Positions 8,960-20,816 are shown, numbered from the stretch's first letter. The stretch: DNA of 22,684 nucleotides from an uncultured bacterium (GCA_963736115.1 CAVTNR010000031.1:1-22684), one strand, 5' to 3'. Numbers and translations are program-made. Notes: a model not told the origin generated them from the letters alone.

Positions 8960-9060
8960 AACCCCAAACGGGTTGGTAAAAACCCGTGGTAGGGTTTTCT
9001 GGAACCGTGGGCAGTCATGAAAAATCAGACCTAAAAGGTCTGCAAGACCTTTCCGGGCTG
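8960..9060. repeat. Paired-hairpin REP/REPIN-like element, copy 2 (degenerate, same orientation as copy 1)
   Basis: AACCCCAAACGGGTT/AACCCGTGGTAGGGTT (8960-8996), then GTCATGAAAAA (copy 1 has GTCCTGAAAAA), then CAGACCTAAAAGGTC-TGCAA-GACCTTTCCGGGCTG (9026-9060). Confidence 0.75.
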
Positions 9061-9083
9061 ATGTTGACAGCTTGCAATCCCCC

Positions 9084-9112
9084 TTGCATTCCCCGTCCAC
9101 AAGTGTTAACTT
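9084..9112 (+). promoter_or_regulatory. Candidate sigma70 promoter for hrpB
   Basis: TTGCAT, 17 nt, TAACTT with an extended -10 TG, immediately upstream of the ATGs at 9125 and 9140. Confidence 0.4.
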
Positions 9113-9124
9113 TTACTGTTTCTT

Positions 9125-11597
9125 ATGAATGCAATTCAAATGACATTCCCCATAGAACCCTGCATCCCGGCATTGTCCGAAGCCCTGGAAATGAATGGGT
9201 GTGCCGTTCTGGCCGCCCCTACGGGAGCGGGCAAAACCGTACGCGTTCCCCTCGCGCTGGACGGACTCCCCATGGCTCGAAAAGAGAAAAATCGTCATGC
9301 TCGAGCCACGCAGGCTCGCGGCCAGACGCGCGGCTGAATTCATGTCCGCTTTGATCGGACAGAAAACCGGCGGCACCGTCGGCTACCGGATACGCGGACA
9401 GAGCGCCATCGGCAAAGAGACCAGAATCGAAGTCGTGACCGAGGGAATACTCACCCGCATGCTGCACGACAGGCCCGGACTGGAGGACATCGGGCTTCTC
9501 ATATTCGACGAATTTCACGAACGCAGTTTGCACGCGGACCTCGGGCTGGCCTTCGCGCTCGACAGCCGGCGCCACCTCAGGGCCGATTTGCGCATCCTGG
9601 TCATGTCCGCAACGCTCGATTGCGCGGCCGTTTCCACCTTGCTCGGCGGCGCGCCTATCATCACCGGGGAGACGCCCTCCTTCCCGGTGGAAACCCGCTA
9701 CAGTCAATTCCAAGCTGATAAACCCCTGCCGCTTCGCGTCGCGGACGCGGCGCGCCGCGGCCTGTCTCTGTCGGACGGCGATGTGCTGGTGTTCCTTCCG
9801 GGAATGAGCGAAATGCGGGCAGTGGAAAATCTTCTGGCGGCAAAGCCGGAGCCCACGGTTTCCGTGCTTCTTCTGCACGGCGATCTGTCTCCCGCAATTC
9901 AGGAAGCCGCGTTTTCGCCCGCGGCTGAAGGAACCCGGAAGGTGATCCTCTCCACCAGCATCGCGGAAACCAGTCTGACCATAGACGGCATACGCGTTGT
10001 GGTGGACTCCGGACTCAGCCGCGTCTCGCGTTTTGACTCCAGGCGCGGCATGCCCGGCCTGGTCACGGTGCCGGTCTCCAAAGCAGTCGCGGATCAACGC
10101 AGGGGACGCGCGGGCCGCACGGCTCCCGGACTATGCCTGAGGTTGTGGACCGAAGCGGAACACGACCGCCTTCCTGAAAGACCGCTTCCGGAAATCCGGA
10201 CCGCCGATTTGGCGCACTTGGCTCTGGATCTCGCGGTATGGGGCGAGCCCTTTGCCGCGAACCTGTCTTTTCTGGATCCTCCGGATTCCGGCCGGCTCGG
10301 TCAGTCGAGGGAATTGCTCATCGGTCTTGGCGGCCTGAAACCGGACGGATCCCTGAGCCCGCATGGAAGGCGGATGGCCGGTCTTCCGATCCATCCGCGT
10401 TTCAGCCACATGATACTCAAAGCTGTGGAAAGGGACTGGGGCCAGTCTGCGTGTGAATTGGCCGCGCTGCTGGATGCGGGAGACTCGACGATCGGCGGGC
10501 GGAAAAACGATACGGATATACGCTCCGGAATGGAAAGCCTGAAATCCGGTCGTGGTCCGGCCGTTGAAAGGATTCTGGCCCAGAAGCGACGGCTCATGGA
10601 AAACGCCGGTATTACCGGAAAGGACAAAGGCGAAGCTTCGGTCGGCCTGCTCCTGGCTTGGGCTTATCCGGATCGCATCGGCCGCAGGCTTGCGGACCGG
10701 CCCGGCGTGGTTCAACTCGCGGCCGGATTTCCGGCTTCCCTACCGTCGGGTCCGCTGTCATCCGAGGAATTCATCGCGGTCGCGGATGCGGATGCGGGCG
10801 GTTCGAACGCAAAAATTTACCTGGCCGCTCCGCTTTCGCGGAAGGAATTCGAGGATGAATTCGAAAACCGGATCACCGTGTCCGAATCCGTGGAATGGGA
10901 TGACCGCGCGGCAAGGGTGCTTTCGCGAAGACAGCGCTGGTTCGGAAAATTGCTTCTGGAAGAAGCGGAAGTGCCTGGGGATCCGGGAAAAGTCAGCCAA
11001 GCCCTGATCACGGGCATCCGGCGGCTGGGTTTTCATGTTCTGCCGTGGGATTCTGAGGCGGAACGTTTTAGGAATCGGGTACGCTGGGCCGGAAGCGTTC
11101 TGGCGGACATGCCGGATTTTTCGGATCCGGCCCTATTGGAGAAACTGGAGACCTGGCTGTTGCCCCATCTCAGCGGCATGTCCCGCATCGACCAGATGAG
11201 CCGCCTCGATCTCACGGAAATTCTGAAAGCGGAACTGAGTCATGAACAGCGGAGGAACCTGGATCGTCTGGCCCCTTCTCACATACAGGTGCCGAGCGGC
11301 TCCCGCATCACGATCGATTACAGTTCCCCCGCGGGTCCCGTACTGGCCGTGCGTTTGCAGGAAATGTTCGGCCTGGCGGAGACTCCGGCCGTGGCTTCGG
11401 GACGTGTGCCCCTCACCTTGCACCTTCTCTCTCCCGCCTCCAGGCCCCTGGCCGTGACCGCCGACCTTTCAAGCTTCTGGAAGAACACGTACGCCTCCAT
11501 ACGCAGGCAGATGCAGGCCCGCTATCCCCGCCACCACTGGCCCGAGGACCCCATGGCCGCGCCACCCACCAGGCGGGTTAAAAAGAGAAAGATTTGA
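9125..11597 (+). CDS. hrpB: ATP-dependent DEAH-box RNA helicase HrpB (one extra G near 9260)
   Basis: Walker A APTGAGKT lies in the 9125 frame. The 9195 frame carries LEPRRLAAR, DEFHER, MSATL, TSIAETSLTIDG and QRRGRAGR, plus the HrpB-specific C-terminus LAVRLQEMFG...LLSPASRP...RYPRHHWPEDP. Confidence 0.95.
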
Positions 11598-11676
11598 AAG
11601 GTCCTGCATCCTCCGGGAGGCTTCAAGCCTCCCGGAGGATCAATCCCCGGAAGGATGCCCAGGACCCTCGGGAGGT
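11590..11676. repeat. REP-like hairpin cluster between convergent hrpB and ybaN; probable bidirectional terminator
   Basis: A half hairpin-B, AGATTTGAAAGGTC, overlaps the hrpB stop. Next is the perfect inverted repeat ATCCTCCGGGAGGC-TTCAA-GCCTCCCGGAGGAT (11608-11640), then a degenerate second hairpin. Confidence 0.7.
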
Positions 11677-11682
11677 GGTTTC

Positions 11683-12096
11683 TCAGGAATCCTGCTGGTC
11701 CGGCCCAGGCCTGAACGTTTTGATTTTCAGAAGATGAATCGTCACGCCAACCGCGACCGCCAGCAGCAGAAGCCGGATCCAGAACGACGTGACCGCGAAC
11801 ACAGCCGTGCCGCCTATGGTCAGCCACAACAGCAGGAGCGTGGTGATTTTCTGCTTCAGCGGAAGGCCTCTCCCTTCCCTGTAATTCCGCAACATGGTCC
11901 CGAACCAGCGATTGTTCATGAGCCAGTTGTAAAACCGCCGGGAACTCCTGGCGTAACAGGCCGCCGCGAGAAGCAGAAAAGGCGTGGTCGGCAGAACCGG
12001 TAGAAACATGCCGACAAAGCCCAGGCCCACGCATGCCGTGCCGCCGGCCACAAGCAGTATGCGTACCGGACGTCTCAACCGGCGCTCCGGACGCAC
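11683..12096 (-). CDS. ybaN: YbaN/DUF454 family inner membrane protein
   Basis: LGFVGMFLPVLPTTPFLLLAAACYARSSRRFYNWL...FG...RGLPLKQK signature. The exact start is uncertain. Confidence 0.9.
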   Translation of the reverse strand: MRPERRLRRPVRILLVAGGTACVGLGFVGMFLPVLPTTPFLLLAAACYARSSRRFYNWLMNNRWFGTMLRNYREGRGLPLKQKITTLLLLWLTIGGTAVFAVTSFWIRLLLLAVAVGVTIHLLKIKTFRPGPDQQDS

Positions 12097-12124
12097 GGCA
12101 TTTCACCGGCGCGCGGAATCCGTC

Positions 12125-12952
12125 TCACAGCATCACCGCCAATCCCCACATGTGGTACAGGTCCGTGCCTTTCGGAAGCTCCAGGTATTTGAACCTGTAG
12201 GACAGGGCGCACCTGCGCGTGAGGAACAGGTTGGCCATGGCTGAAACGGACGTGTAATCCGTGTCTCCGTTGAATGCGCCGTATATTTTCCCTTCAATCT
12301 CCAGCAGGTGGAACAGATGGCCGTTCAGGTTCAAACCGGCCAGGCCGAAGAAATCATCCTGGTCGATGCTTTCCGCAACCCGGGTGAGCGGCGCGGGTCC
12401 GGGCGGATCCACAGACAGATTCAGATCTCCCCGGACGCCCTGGTATTGCGCCCCGGCCCAGGGCATGACCCCGACCACCAGCAATTTCGGACGGAATTCA
12501 AACCGGTACCCGAAGCGGCCGTACGGGATGAACAGGTTATTGATAAGGCTGAAACCGCTTAAGGCCGGCATAATCTGCGGCGCGATCCGCGGTCCCGCGT
12601 CCATGTCGATGCGCAGAACTTCGGCGCCGGCTCCCGCCACCCATTTACCCCTTCCGCCTGCGCTGAAATAACGGTCATAGATGAAATGCCCGCCCCAGAG
12701 CGTGCTGAAGTTCACGTCGGAAGACTGGTAGACAAAAGCGTTCCACTGGTAACGATCCGGGTTGACCCACTGCAAGAAGATGCCCTTGAGAAACCCCGTA
12801 TCCTTCAGGTCGAGGTTACGGCCCTCATTCCGGTAGGCATCGGCAATGGTTCCGGCGTACGGGCAGATCAGCCGTATGGTCCGGGATTGAAGGGAGGAGG
12901 CTGCGGAAAGGACCAATACCCAGGCGATCACAAGCACGCGTGATTGTTTCAT
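12125..12952 (-). CDS. Hypothetical exported protein, probable outer membrane beta-barrel
   Basis: GGAGG RBS before ATG at 12952; signal peptide MKQSRVLVIAWVLVLSAASSLQS; alternating amphipathic aromatic-rich strands (YGRFGYRFEF, AGLNLNGH, LSYRFKY); C-terminal strand YHMWGLAVML. Confidence 0.65.
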   Translation of the reverse strand: MKQSRVLVIAWVLVLSAASSLQSRTIRLICPYAGTIADAYRNEGRNLDLKDTGFLKGIFLQWVNPDRYQWNAFVYQSSDVNFSTLWGGHFIYDRYFSAGGRGKWVAGAGAEVLRIDMDAGPRIAPQIMPALSGFSLINNLFIPYGRFGYRFEFRPKLLVVGVMPWAGAQYQGVRGDLNLSVDPPGPAPLTRVAESIDQDDFFGLAGLNLNGHLFHLLEIEGKIYGAFNGDTDYTSVSAMANLFLTRRCALSYRFKYLELPKGTDLYHMWGLAVML

Positions 12953-13063
12953 CAATCCTCCGAAAAGACGGACCGCTTTTACGGACTCGTTGCCGGAACA
13001 GAATCCGGGACGGTTCCCGGAATTCCCATTTATCTTAAGATCAACAGAGAGAGTCAAGCTGAA

Positions 13064-13097
13064 AGTATAAATTAGCAAATATTCACATCAATGTCAA
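13064..13097 (-). promoter_or_regulatory. Candidate promoter for the beta-barrel-ybaN pair
   Basis: AT-rich segment with minus-strand TTGACA-17-TAATTT and an overlapping TTGATG-16-TATACT. Confidence 0.45.
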
Positions 13098-13233
13098 CCG
13101 GAAGCGTTCCGCTCGCCGATGCCCATCCATACACCCAAAGGATCACACGCGAAACAGCCTCGCCCGCGGAGCCTGCCGGATGGATCGCCGAATACGATCA
13201 TCCCTGGGCTGAAACAGCCGTACGTCCACTCAA

Positions 13234-13267
13234 GAAAAATCGCCCCGGGTTTTCAGCCCGGGGCGAT
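13234..13267 (-). terminator. Rho-independent terminator of the xylanase gene, resembling a REP-type hairpin
   Basis: 11-bp stem ATCGCCCCGGG/CCCGGGGCGAT (13239-13249 and 13257-13267) followed by TTTTT on the minus strand. Confidence 0.7.
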
Positions 13268-13357
13268 CATACCGCGATGCTTCATGTCCGTTCAGACGGA
13301 TGATCCGGAGAAGAAAGCGACCGATAACCGCCTCTTCCCCGATTCCGCCCGAACCCC

Positions 13358-14956
<1,599 letters not shown>

Positions 14957-15425
14957 TCACGCCAGAAAGAACTGCACGGTTTGTTCATGCAGATCCAGAC
15001 ACGGAAGTGACGGGCAAATGGAAGAAAAAGGCGGGCTCAGACAATGGAGCGTGAAAATTTGAGGGTGTCGATAGCCTTCTGCGCTGAAAATCCAGCCTGC
15101 AAACAAAGCTGCTTGCATCAAAACCATCCTTTCGCTGCACCGTGAAACGCAACTGCCGCTTGAACCTGGATGGTCGGAAATGGATCACAGCATCGGATTA
15201 AAAAATACCGATGGACAACCGCTCATTGTTTGTGTTGGTAAATATCTTTAAATATTCAGGAGTGGACTGAGAGAACCGAAGCTTTCACCTGCGTTCCAGG
15301 AAGAATGCGCCGGGTTAACGTTCACGCAGGACATTGGAACGTATGCCCGCCTGTTTCGAAAAATGCAGTATCCCCTTGATTCTGTATGAATTATATGATC
15401 AGAAAAACAGTTCACTGACAGTTAA

Positions 15426-15454
15426 AATATAGATAGGATTACAGTAATTGTCAA
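15426..15454 (-). promoter_or_regulatory. sigma70-type promoter upstream of the xylanase
   Basis: TTGACA (15454-15449), 17 nt, TATATT (15431-15426) in an AT-rich stretch. Confidence 0.7.
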
Positions 15455-15549
15455 TGACTTTCGGTCAATGAGGAGCGATCACTCCGCAGTGCCATATGCG
15501 GATTGGAACTGAGCGTGGGACACACACACCATTACTGGAATGAGCTTCG

Positions 15550-15585
15550 CCATCAGGCCGCCGGAGCCCCGACGGCCTGATGGCA
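15550..15585 (-). terminator. GC-rich hairpin just after the SpoIIAA-like gene (possible terminator or mRNA stabiliser; no T-run)
   Basis: Perfect 12-bp inverted repeat GCCATCAGGCCG/CGGCCTGATGGC. Confidence 0.45.
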
Positions 15586-15605
15586 CTGATCCGCAAGTCC
15601 TCTTA

Positions 15606-15962
15606 TTACACCAGCCAGTCCTTCGCCTCATCCAGGGTGTCGAAAGACCTGATCTCCTGCCCGATGAATGCAATAACCGCCCTGAGCAGGATTCTTCTAT
15701 ACCCCGGGACGCCCACAACAGCCATTTTTCGGATATAGGGCTTGGTCCGGACGGCCGCGTTCTTGAGATATTCGACGATCTCCTGGGTTCCACTCGTGTC
15801 GGTTACATTCACGAGAGACAACACGGAATCGAGCGGTTCCTTGAGGGTTTGCCCGCTGGCATATTCCACTTCCGCTTTCAGGCTTTCCAGATCCGCGTGG
15901 AATCCCGAATAATCGGCATACTGAATGCGAGCGCCCTTGTGAACCAGCCATGTTGATTTCAT
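15606..15962 (-). CDS. STAS/SEC14 (SpoIIAA-like) domain protein
   Basis: GGAGG RBS before ATG at 15962; 118 aa with HKGARIQYADYS, KMAVVGV and the characteristic C-terminus FDTLDEAKDWLV. Confidence 0.8.
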   Translation of the reverse strand: MKSTWLVHKGARIQYADYSGFHADLESLKAEVEYASGQTLKEPLDSVLSLVNVTDTSGTQEIVEYLKNAAVRTKPYIRKMAVVGVPGYRRILLRAVIAFIGQEIRSFDTLDEAKDWLV

Positions 15963-16033
15963 CGTCCCTCCTGGAATCGGATTTATACGCAACCGTGCGA
16001 CGCGCCTCACAGGTGCGTCGCACATATCAACCG

Positions 16034-17968
16034 TCACCCCTGCTTTCCCTCCGCCGCCTCCCCCAATCTGCGAACCGCCTCCCGGTTCAGGCCGTTGAAA
16101 GGATCCTTGCCCTCGGGCGTGTAGATGATCGATCCGCTTATGGTAATGCTGATCGATTTTCCACCGCACCATCTTCATCGTTGAATTGATGAATCCATTC
16201 GCCTCCGTGAAGGGCTCGTCCAGAAGCGCGAAGGTCGTGGGCAGCCAGACACCGGGGTACAGGTCCTTCAGGTCCGGATGAACAGAAAATTGTCTGATCG
16301 CCTCAGTGAACAGACCGATCGCGGCCGCCTGACCCTCGGCCGAATCCGGGGACAGACTGCACTCCTTGAGCCTCTGAAGGACTGCCGCGGTGTCGGGAAC
16401 AATGAACGCCGTGGTGTAGGGTTTTTGGCTGTTGAACAGCATGATCTGCCGAATAAAAGGACAGCTCGTCTTCAGACTCTCCTCGATGCCTTCCGGACTG
16501 AATTTCTCCCCGATATCCGAAATCAGCAGGCTCTTGAAACGGCCGAGAACGACAAGGTATCCGTCCTCGTCCACAAATCCCATGTCTCCCGTATAGAGCC
16601 ACCCGTCCCTGACCGTCGAGGCCGTGGACTCCGGATTCCGCCAGTATCCCCCGCATGACATTCTCGCCCCTGACGACAATCTCTCCCTTCTGACCCGGCG
16701 GGAGATTTTTTCCGTCATCATCGCAGATCCGGACTTCAAGGTTCGGCAGGATTTGGCCGGATGTTCCCATTTTCATGTGACCGGGCCGGTTGGCCGAAAT
16801 CACGGGCGCGGCTTCCGCGAGCCCGTATCCCTGGTATACGGGAATCCCGATTGCCGCGAAAAACCGCTGGTACTCGATGTCGAGCAGGGCGCCGCCGCCC
16901 ACGAAATACATCAAGCGGCCTCCGAATCCCTCGCGGATTTTCGAAAAAAGAATTCGGTCGTAGAATGCGTGCAGCGGCTTTCGCAGGGAATTCCCCAGCC
17001 AGCGGCCGTTGACACAGCCGTCTCCGTGATAGGCATAGGCATTCCGCAGACCCCGCTTCACAAGGCCTGAGGCGAATTTTCCCTTGGCCGCGATCTGGCG
17101 CTCGATGTTGCTCTTGAAATTGTCGGACAGAGCGGGAACGCTCAACAGGAGCGTGGGTCGTATCTCCTTGATGTTCTTTCCGATGTTCCGCATGGTCGCG
17201 ATCGCGGTTTCCCCCGTTTCCACGGACGCCATGCTCGCGCCTCCTGAAATGAGCGCGAACACACCGCAGGTGTGGGCGAAGGAGTGATCCCAGGGAAGGA
17301 TGAGAAGGGAGAACGAAATGCGCCGGCAGTTCGAAAAACGCCCGGGCCTGCTCCACATTGGCCGTGTAATTGCGGTGCGTGAGCACGATGCCCTTCGGGT
17401 CCGCCGTGGTTCCAGAAGTGTAGCAGATGTTGGCCGGGTCGTTTTCCGTGACCGAACGTTCGCGTTCTGACAGCCGGCCGGGTTCCTTCTCGAGAAGCGC
17501 CCGCCCTTTCAGGCGGACATTCCCCATGGTGATGATGGCTTCTTCCCGGACAGTGTCTTCATCCAGGACGATTATTTTTTCCAATTCCGGAAGGTCTTTG
17601 CGGAGGGGCAGTATTTTGGGAAGCTGGCGGCCGGAAACGATGACGAATTTTGATCCGGAATGCAGAATGCGGAAGCGGATTTCAGCCGGTTCCTGCAGTT
17701 TGATCGACAGGGGCACGTCCACGCCTCCGGCGAACAGAATGCCCAGTTCGGAAAAAACCCAGTCGTTCCGGCCCTCGGACATCAGCGTGACCCGGTCGCC
17801 CTTCCCGAGTCCGAGATGGATCAGGCCCGCGGCTGTTTCCTCAACGAGGCGCAGGGCCGTCCGGTAATCGGTCGGCTTGAATGCGCCGCCGGACTTCTCC
17901 CACATCATCGGATTATCCGGAAAGCGTTCGGCGCTGTCCCGGAATAGCCGGTTGACGGTCCGTTCCAT
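16034..17968 (-). CDS. Long-chain fatty acid-CoA ligase / AMP-dependent synthetase (indels near 17320, 16645 and 16125)
   Basis: AAGGA RBS and MERTVNRLF; ICYTSGTTADPKG AMP-binding loop; LPWDHSF, FVGGGALL, YQGYGLAEAAP, GEIVVRGENVM.GYW, GWLYTGDMG, GEKFSPEGIE and NSTMKMVR. The reconstructed C-terminus YTPEGKDPFN...GKQG* ends at 16034. Confidence 0.9.
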
Positions 17969-18058
17969 GCGGATTCCTTTCCGTTCAGGTGTCTTCAGGA
18001 AGGTAAAAAACGGCGGGTTTGTATACAAGCGGAATTTCTAGTCTGAAAAGATTAAATC

Positions 18059-18089
18059 GAACTGAAAGGGCTTCAATACCTTTCAGGTC
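18059..18089. repeat. Third, degenerate copy of hairpin B
   Basis: GAACTGAAAGGGC-TTCAA-TACCTTTCAGGTC, compared with GACCTGAAAGGTC-TTCGG-GACCTTTCAGGTC at 7363-7393. Confidence 0.65.
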
Positions 18090-18158
18090 CTGCAATGAAA
18101 AACCGACGGTGTGCAGATACCGGCCCCCAGCCGGACACGGTAGACCCCGGGGTCGGTC

Positions 18159-20633
18159 TCACGGCACCGTTGACGCCGCCCCCAGCCGGGCATTGTTGTA
18201 CCACATCGTATAATCGGATGTTCGCACGACCCCGTCCATGTCCATATCCGTTGCCCTGTAACCGGAATCGCCAAGTCTTGCGGAGTTGTACCAGGACGTG
18301 TAATCCGTGGTTGTGACATTCCCGTCCTGGTTCACGTCCCCGGCCCACATCCCCCACACGCCCGGTTCCAGCTCTTTTGCTCCATTCGCACCGTAATACT
18401 GCCCGGCTCCTGCAGTGAAATTGTACAAAACCGGAGTTCCGGATCAAGCATCCGTGCGGACGCACTCATGGCCGTTAAATGGTTCCGGTGACGGACCACG
18501 ATGAAATAATTTCCCGCATCCGCACCCGGAACCAGGAGACCGGTCGTGGCCCCGTTCGTATCCACCACGGCGCCGTCGCTTCTCAAAAAGAATGACCGCT
18601 GAACCGAGGCCGGTCCGGATGCCGTGCTTCTCAGTTCCACCGATACCCAGTCGGTCACTCCGGCCGGAATCCGGACGGCTGTCCGTAGATCCGCATAGGG
18701 CGAAACGATTGGAATGGATCCGGCCGCATTCAGCTCCGTGGTCATGTCTTCTGCCGGCTTTTCCGGGCCTTCCAGGCGGACCTTGAGTTTCATGTATATC
18801 AGGCTCTCCGGATTGAGAAATTTCACATGATCGAAATCCGGGCCGCCTTCCGAGGTCAATCCGGTGAGCCGCAAGGTATGCGAACCGGACGCGAGATCCA
18901 GCACGACCGGGTCTGAACAGGCCCAGTTGAACCAGGCACCGGTCGACGGAAATCGAAACTTGCGCTCACGGTCTGGCCGTCCATCTCGAGGCGGCAGGGC
19001 CGGTTGTTGACAGAACCGGTGGTGGCCGGATGGTCAGATTCCATGTTCCGGACCGGGGCAGGGTAAAGGACAACTCCAGGTAACTGCCGATCTGGTTCGC
19101 CGGATTGACGAATCCTGTCCCCGTGTATCCCGCGATGTCCGTGTCCACGCTGCCCGGTGAAACAGTCCCGGTCTCCGCTTCGCAGAGTACTGCGCTGTTC
19201 GTCACGAACACGTGAACCGGGTCCGATACGGTTGAGTCATTGACATTGTCCACTGCAACAGCGGTCAGGACGTAACTGCCTGGAGCGGGCCTGCCCCAGT
19301 GATATTCCCAGGGGGAATTGTCGTCTGAAAACAGGAGATCCGAACCTTCGTAGAATATCGACGCGGACCACGTCTCCGTCCACGTCCGACGCGTTCACTG
19401 TGACCGTCACGTCCGTATCAGGACTCAGGTGAGAGGGATCCGCGGGTGAAATGATGCGGACCGATGGCGGACCATTGTATTTTTCCATCTCCCAGCACAT
19501 CATGAGGAATGCGCCCAGGCCGTGCAGATCGTCATCATGTCGGTTGACACCGACATAGTATGCATACGAGCTGTCCGCGCCCACGCCCGCGGAAATCTGG
19601 GTCAGATGGATCGGTCCGCCGGGATAATAAATGATCCGGTTATCCAGAATGCCCTCATAGGCCCGCACGGCCACGCCCCGGTACGTGTCCGGAACATACC
19701 CTTTTGCTACGGCTCTGCACACCGCGTACGAGAACATGCAGGAGCAGGAGCTTTCGAGCCAGTTGTCATCGCGACCGCCCTGGTCCACGACCTGGTACCA
19801 CAATCCCGTGACCGGGTCCTGCTCCGCGGCAAGGCCTTCGATCAGAGCCGCCAGGATGCCGATCAGGGCCGGCCGCCTGGAGTGGTTCTCCGGCATGCAG
19901 TCCAGAACCTCGACCAGGGCCATGCCGAACCATCCCATGGCCCTTCCCCAGAAAATCGGTGAATGATGCGTCACCGAGTCGGCCCAGAATCGCGAAGCAT
20001 CCTCATCGTACGCGTGATACAGCAGCCCGCAGGGATCCTGCAGATGCGCCGAGTACCGGATGAGCTGATCCGCCGCGTCCGTGATGCACGCAGTATCCCC
20101 GGTCACCTGGCCGTATTTCGCGTAAAAGGGAAGCGCCATGTACGCGCCGTCCAGCCAGAGCTGGTCCCAACCTTCGGGATTGTCGTCCATGGAAAAGCAA
20201 TCGTCCGCTGTGCCGGGATACGTGGCAAGGGCGTTCCGGATCTTTTCCGCCGCCAGCCCGTATTTCGCGATCCCGGTTTCGGCATACAGCATGAGCGTGA
20301 CGTATCCGGGTTCGACCGGGTTCAGGCCGTTGTTATCGGGCAGTCGAGGTTCCCCTCGCTGTCCACGTGCAGATCCACCCAGTCCCTGATATACTGAAAA
20401 TAGGAGGACTGACCCGTGTTTTTCCATACACGGTACTGTCCCAGAAGATAAAAGCCGCACCAGTACGACCACCCCCAGCTCTCCTCCAGTTCTGACGGCG
20501 TTTTCTCCTGCATGGTGTAGTTCACCACGCGCTGTGCCCATACGATAGGCCGGTCGCCGGCGTACAGGGCAGGGCCTGCGAACGTACAGGCACAGATGCA
20601 TACGAGGAAGATCATTCTACCGGTTTTCTGCAT
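18159..20633 (-). CDS. Secreted modular GH105 (unsaturated rhamnogalacturonyl/glucuronyl hydrolase) with Ig-like, CBM35/CBM6-like, LEGP/HRNHL and dockerin-like modules; several indels
   Basis: GAGG RBS and signal MQKTGRMIFLVCICACTFAGPALYA. GH105 motifs WSYWCG, QLWLDGAYMALPF, LLYHAYDE, SPIFWGRAMGW, GLWYQVVD, LESSCSCMF and DDLHGLGAFLM. Ig-like PPSVRIISP...ASDVDG. CBM EAETG...AGYTGTGFVN...GGPDFD. Then LKVRLEGP...RHRNHL and GDVNQDGNV/TDMDMDGVV. Five or more ORF pieces are collinear. Confidence 0.85.
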
Positions 20634-20816
20634 GAGGGTCACATCCTCGTTCAAAACCGCGCAAAAAGATTCCACGGTCTTGGAACCGCCAACTCCTCGC
20701 AAACAGTAGTATCTATTTGTTAATTTTGTATTTATGTCTGACGCGTCTGGCTCAGGAAGGAGAGAATAGATTTTATCTAGACAGGAAGAGGAGGATTTTC
20801 GGTATTGGTTCTGAAT

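Noticed and set aside
7311-9060. CRISPR array or integron attC sites
   Set aside because: The repeats are not regularly spaced with unique 30-40 nt spacers, no cas or intI gene is present, and I could not identify RYYYAAC/GTTRRRY ends on the hairpin-B copies.
9240-9280. Programmed frameshift or phase variation in hrpB (also considered for acr3 and arsP)
   Set aside because: No slippery heptamer or long repeat tract is present, and similar single-base indels occur throughout the window.
15606-16739. Apparent 377-aa fusion of the acyl-CoA ligase C-terminus to the SpoIIAA-like protein through a Gly-rich linker
   Set aside because: A 1-nt indel near 16125 explains it: the other frame gives a natural end (YTPEGKDPFN...GKQG*, 16034), and the SpoIIAA-like gene has its own GGAGG-ATG.
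20767-20779. TAGAT-TTT-ATCTA palindrome downstream of the GH105 promoter as an operator
   Set aside because: It has only 5-bp arms in AT-rich DNA, and I found no second copy at the other CAZyme promoter.
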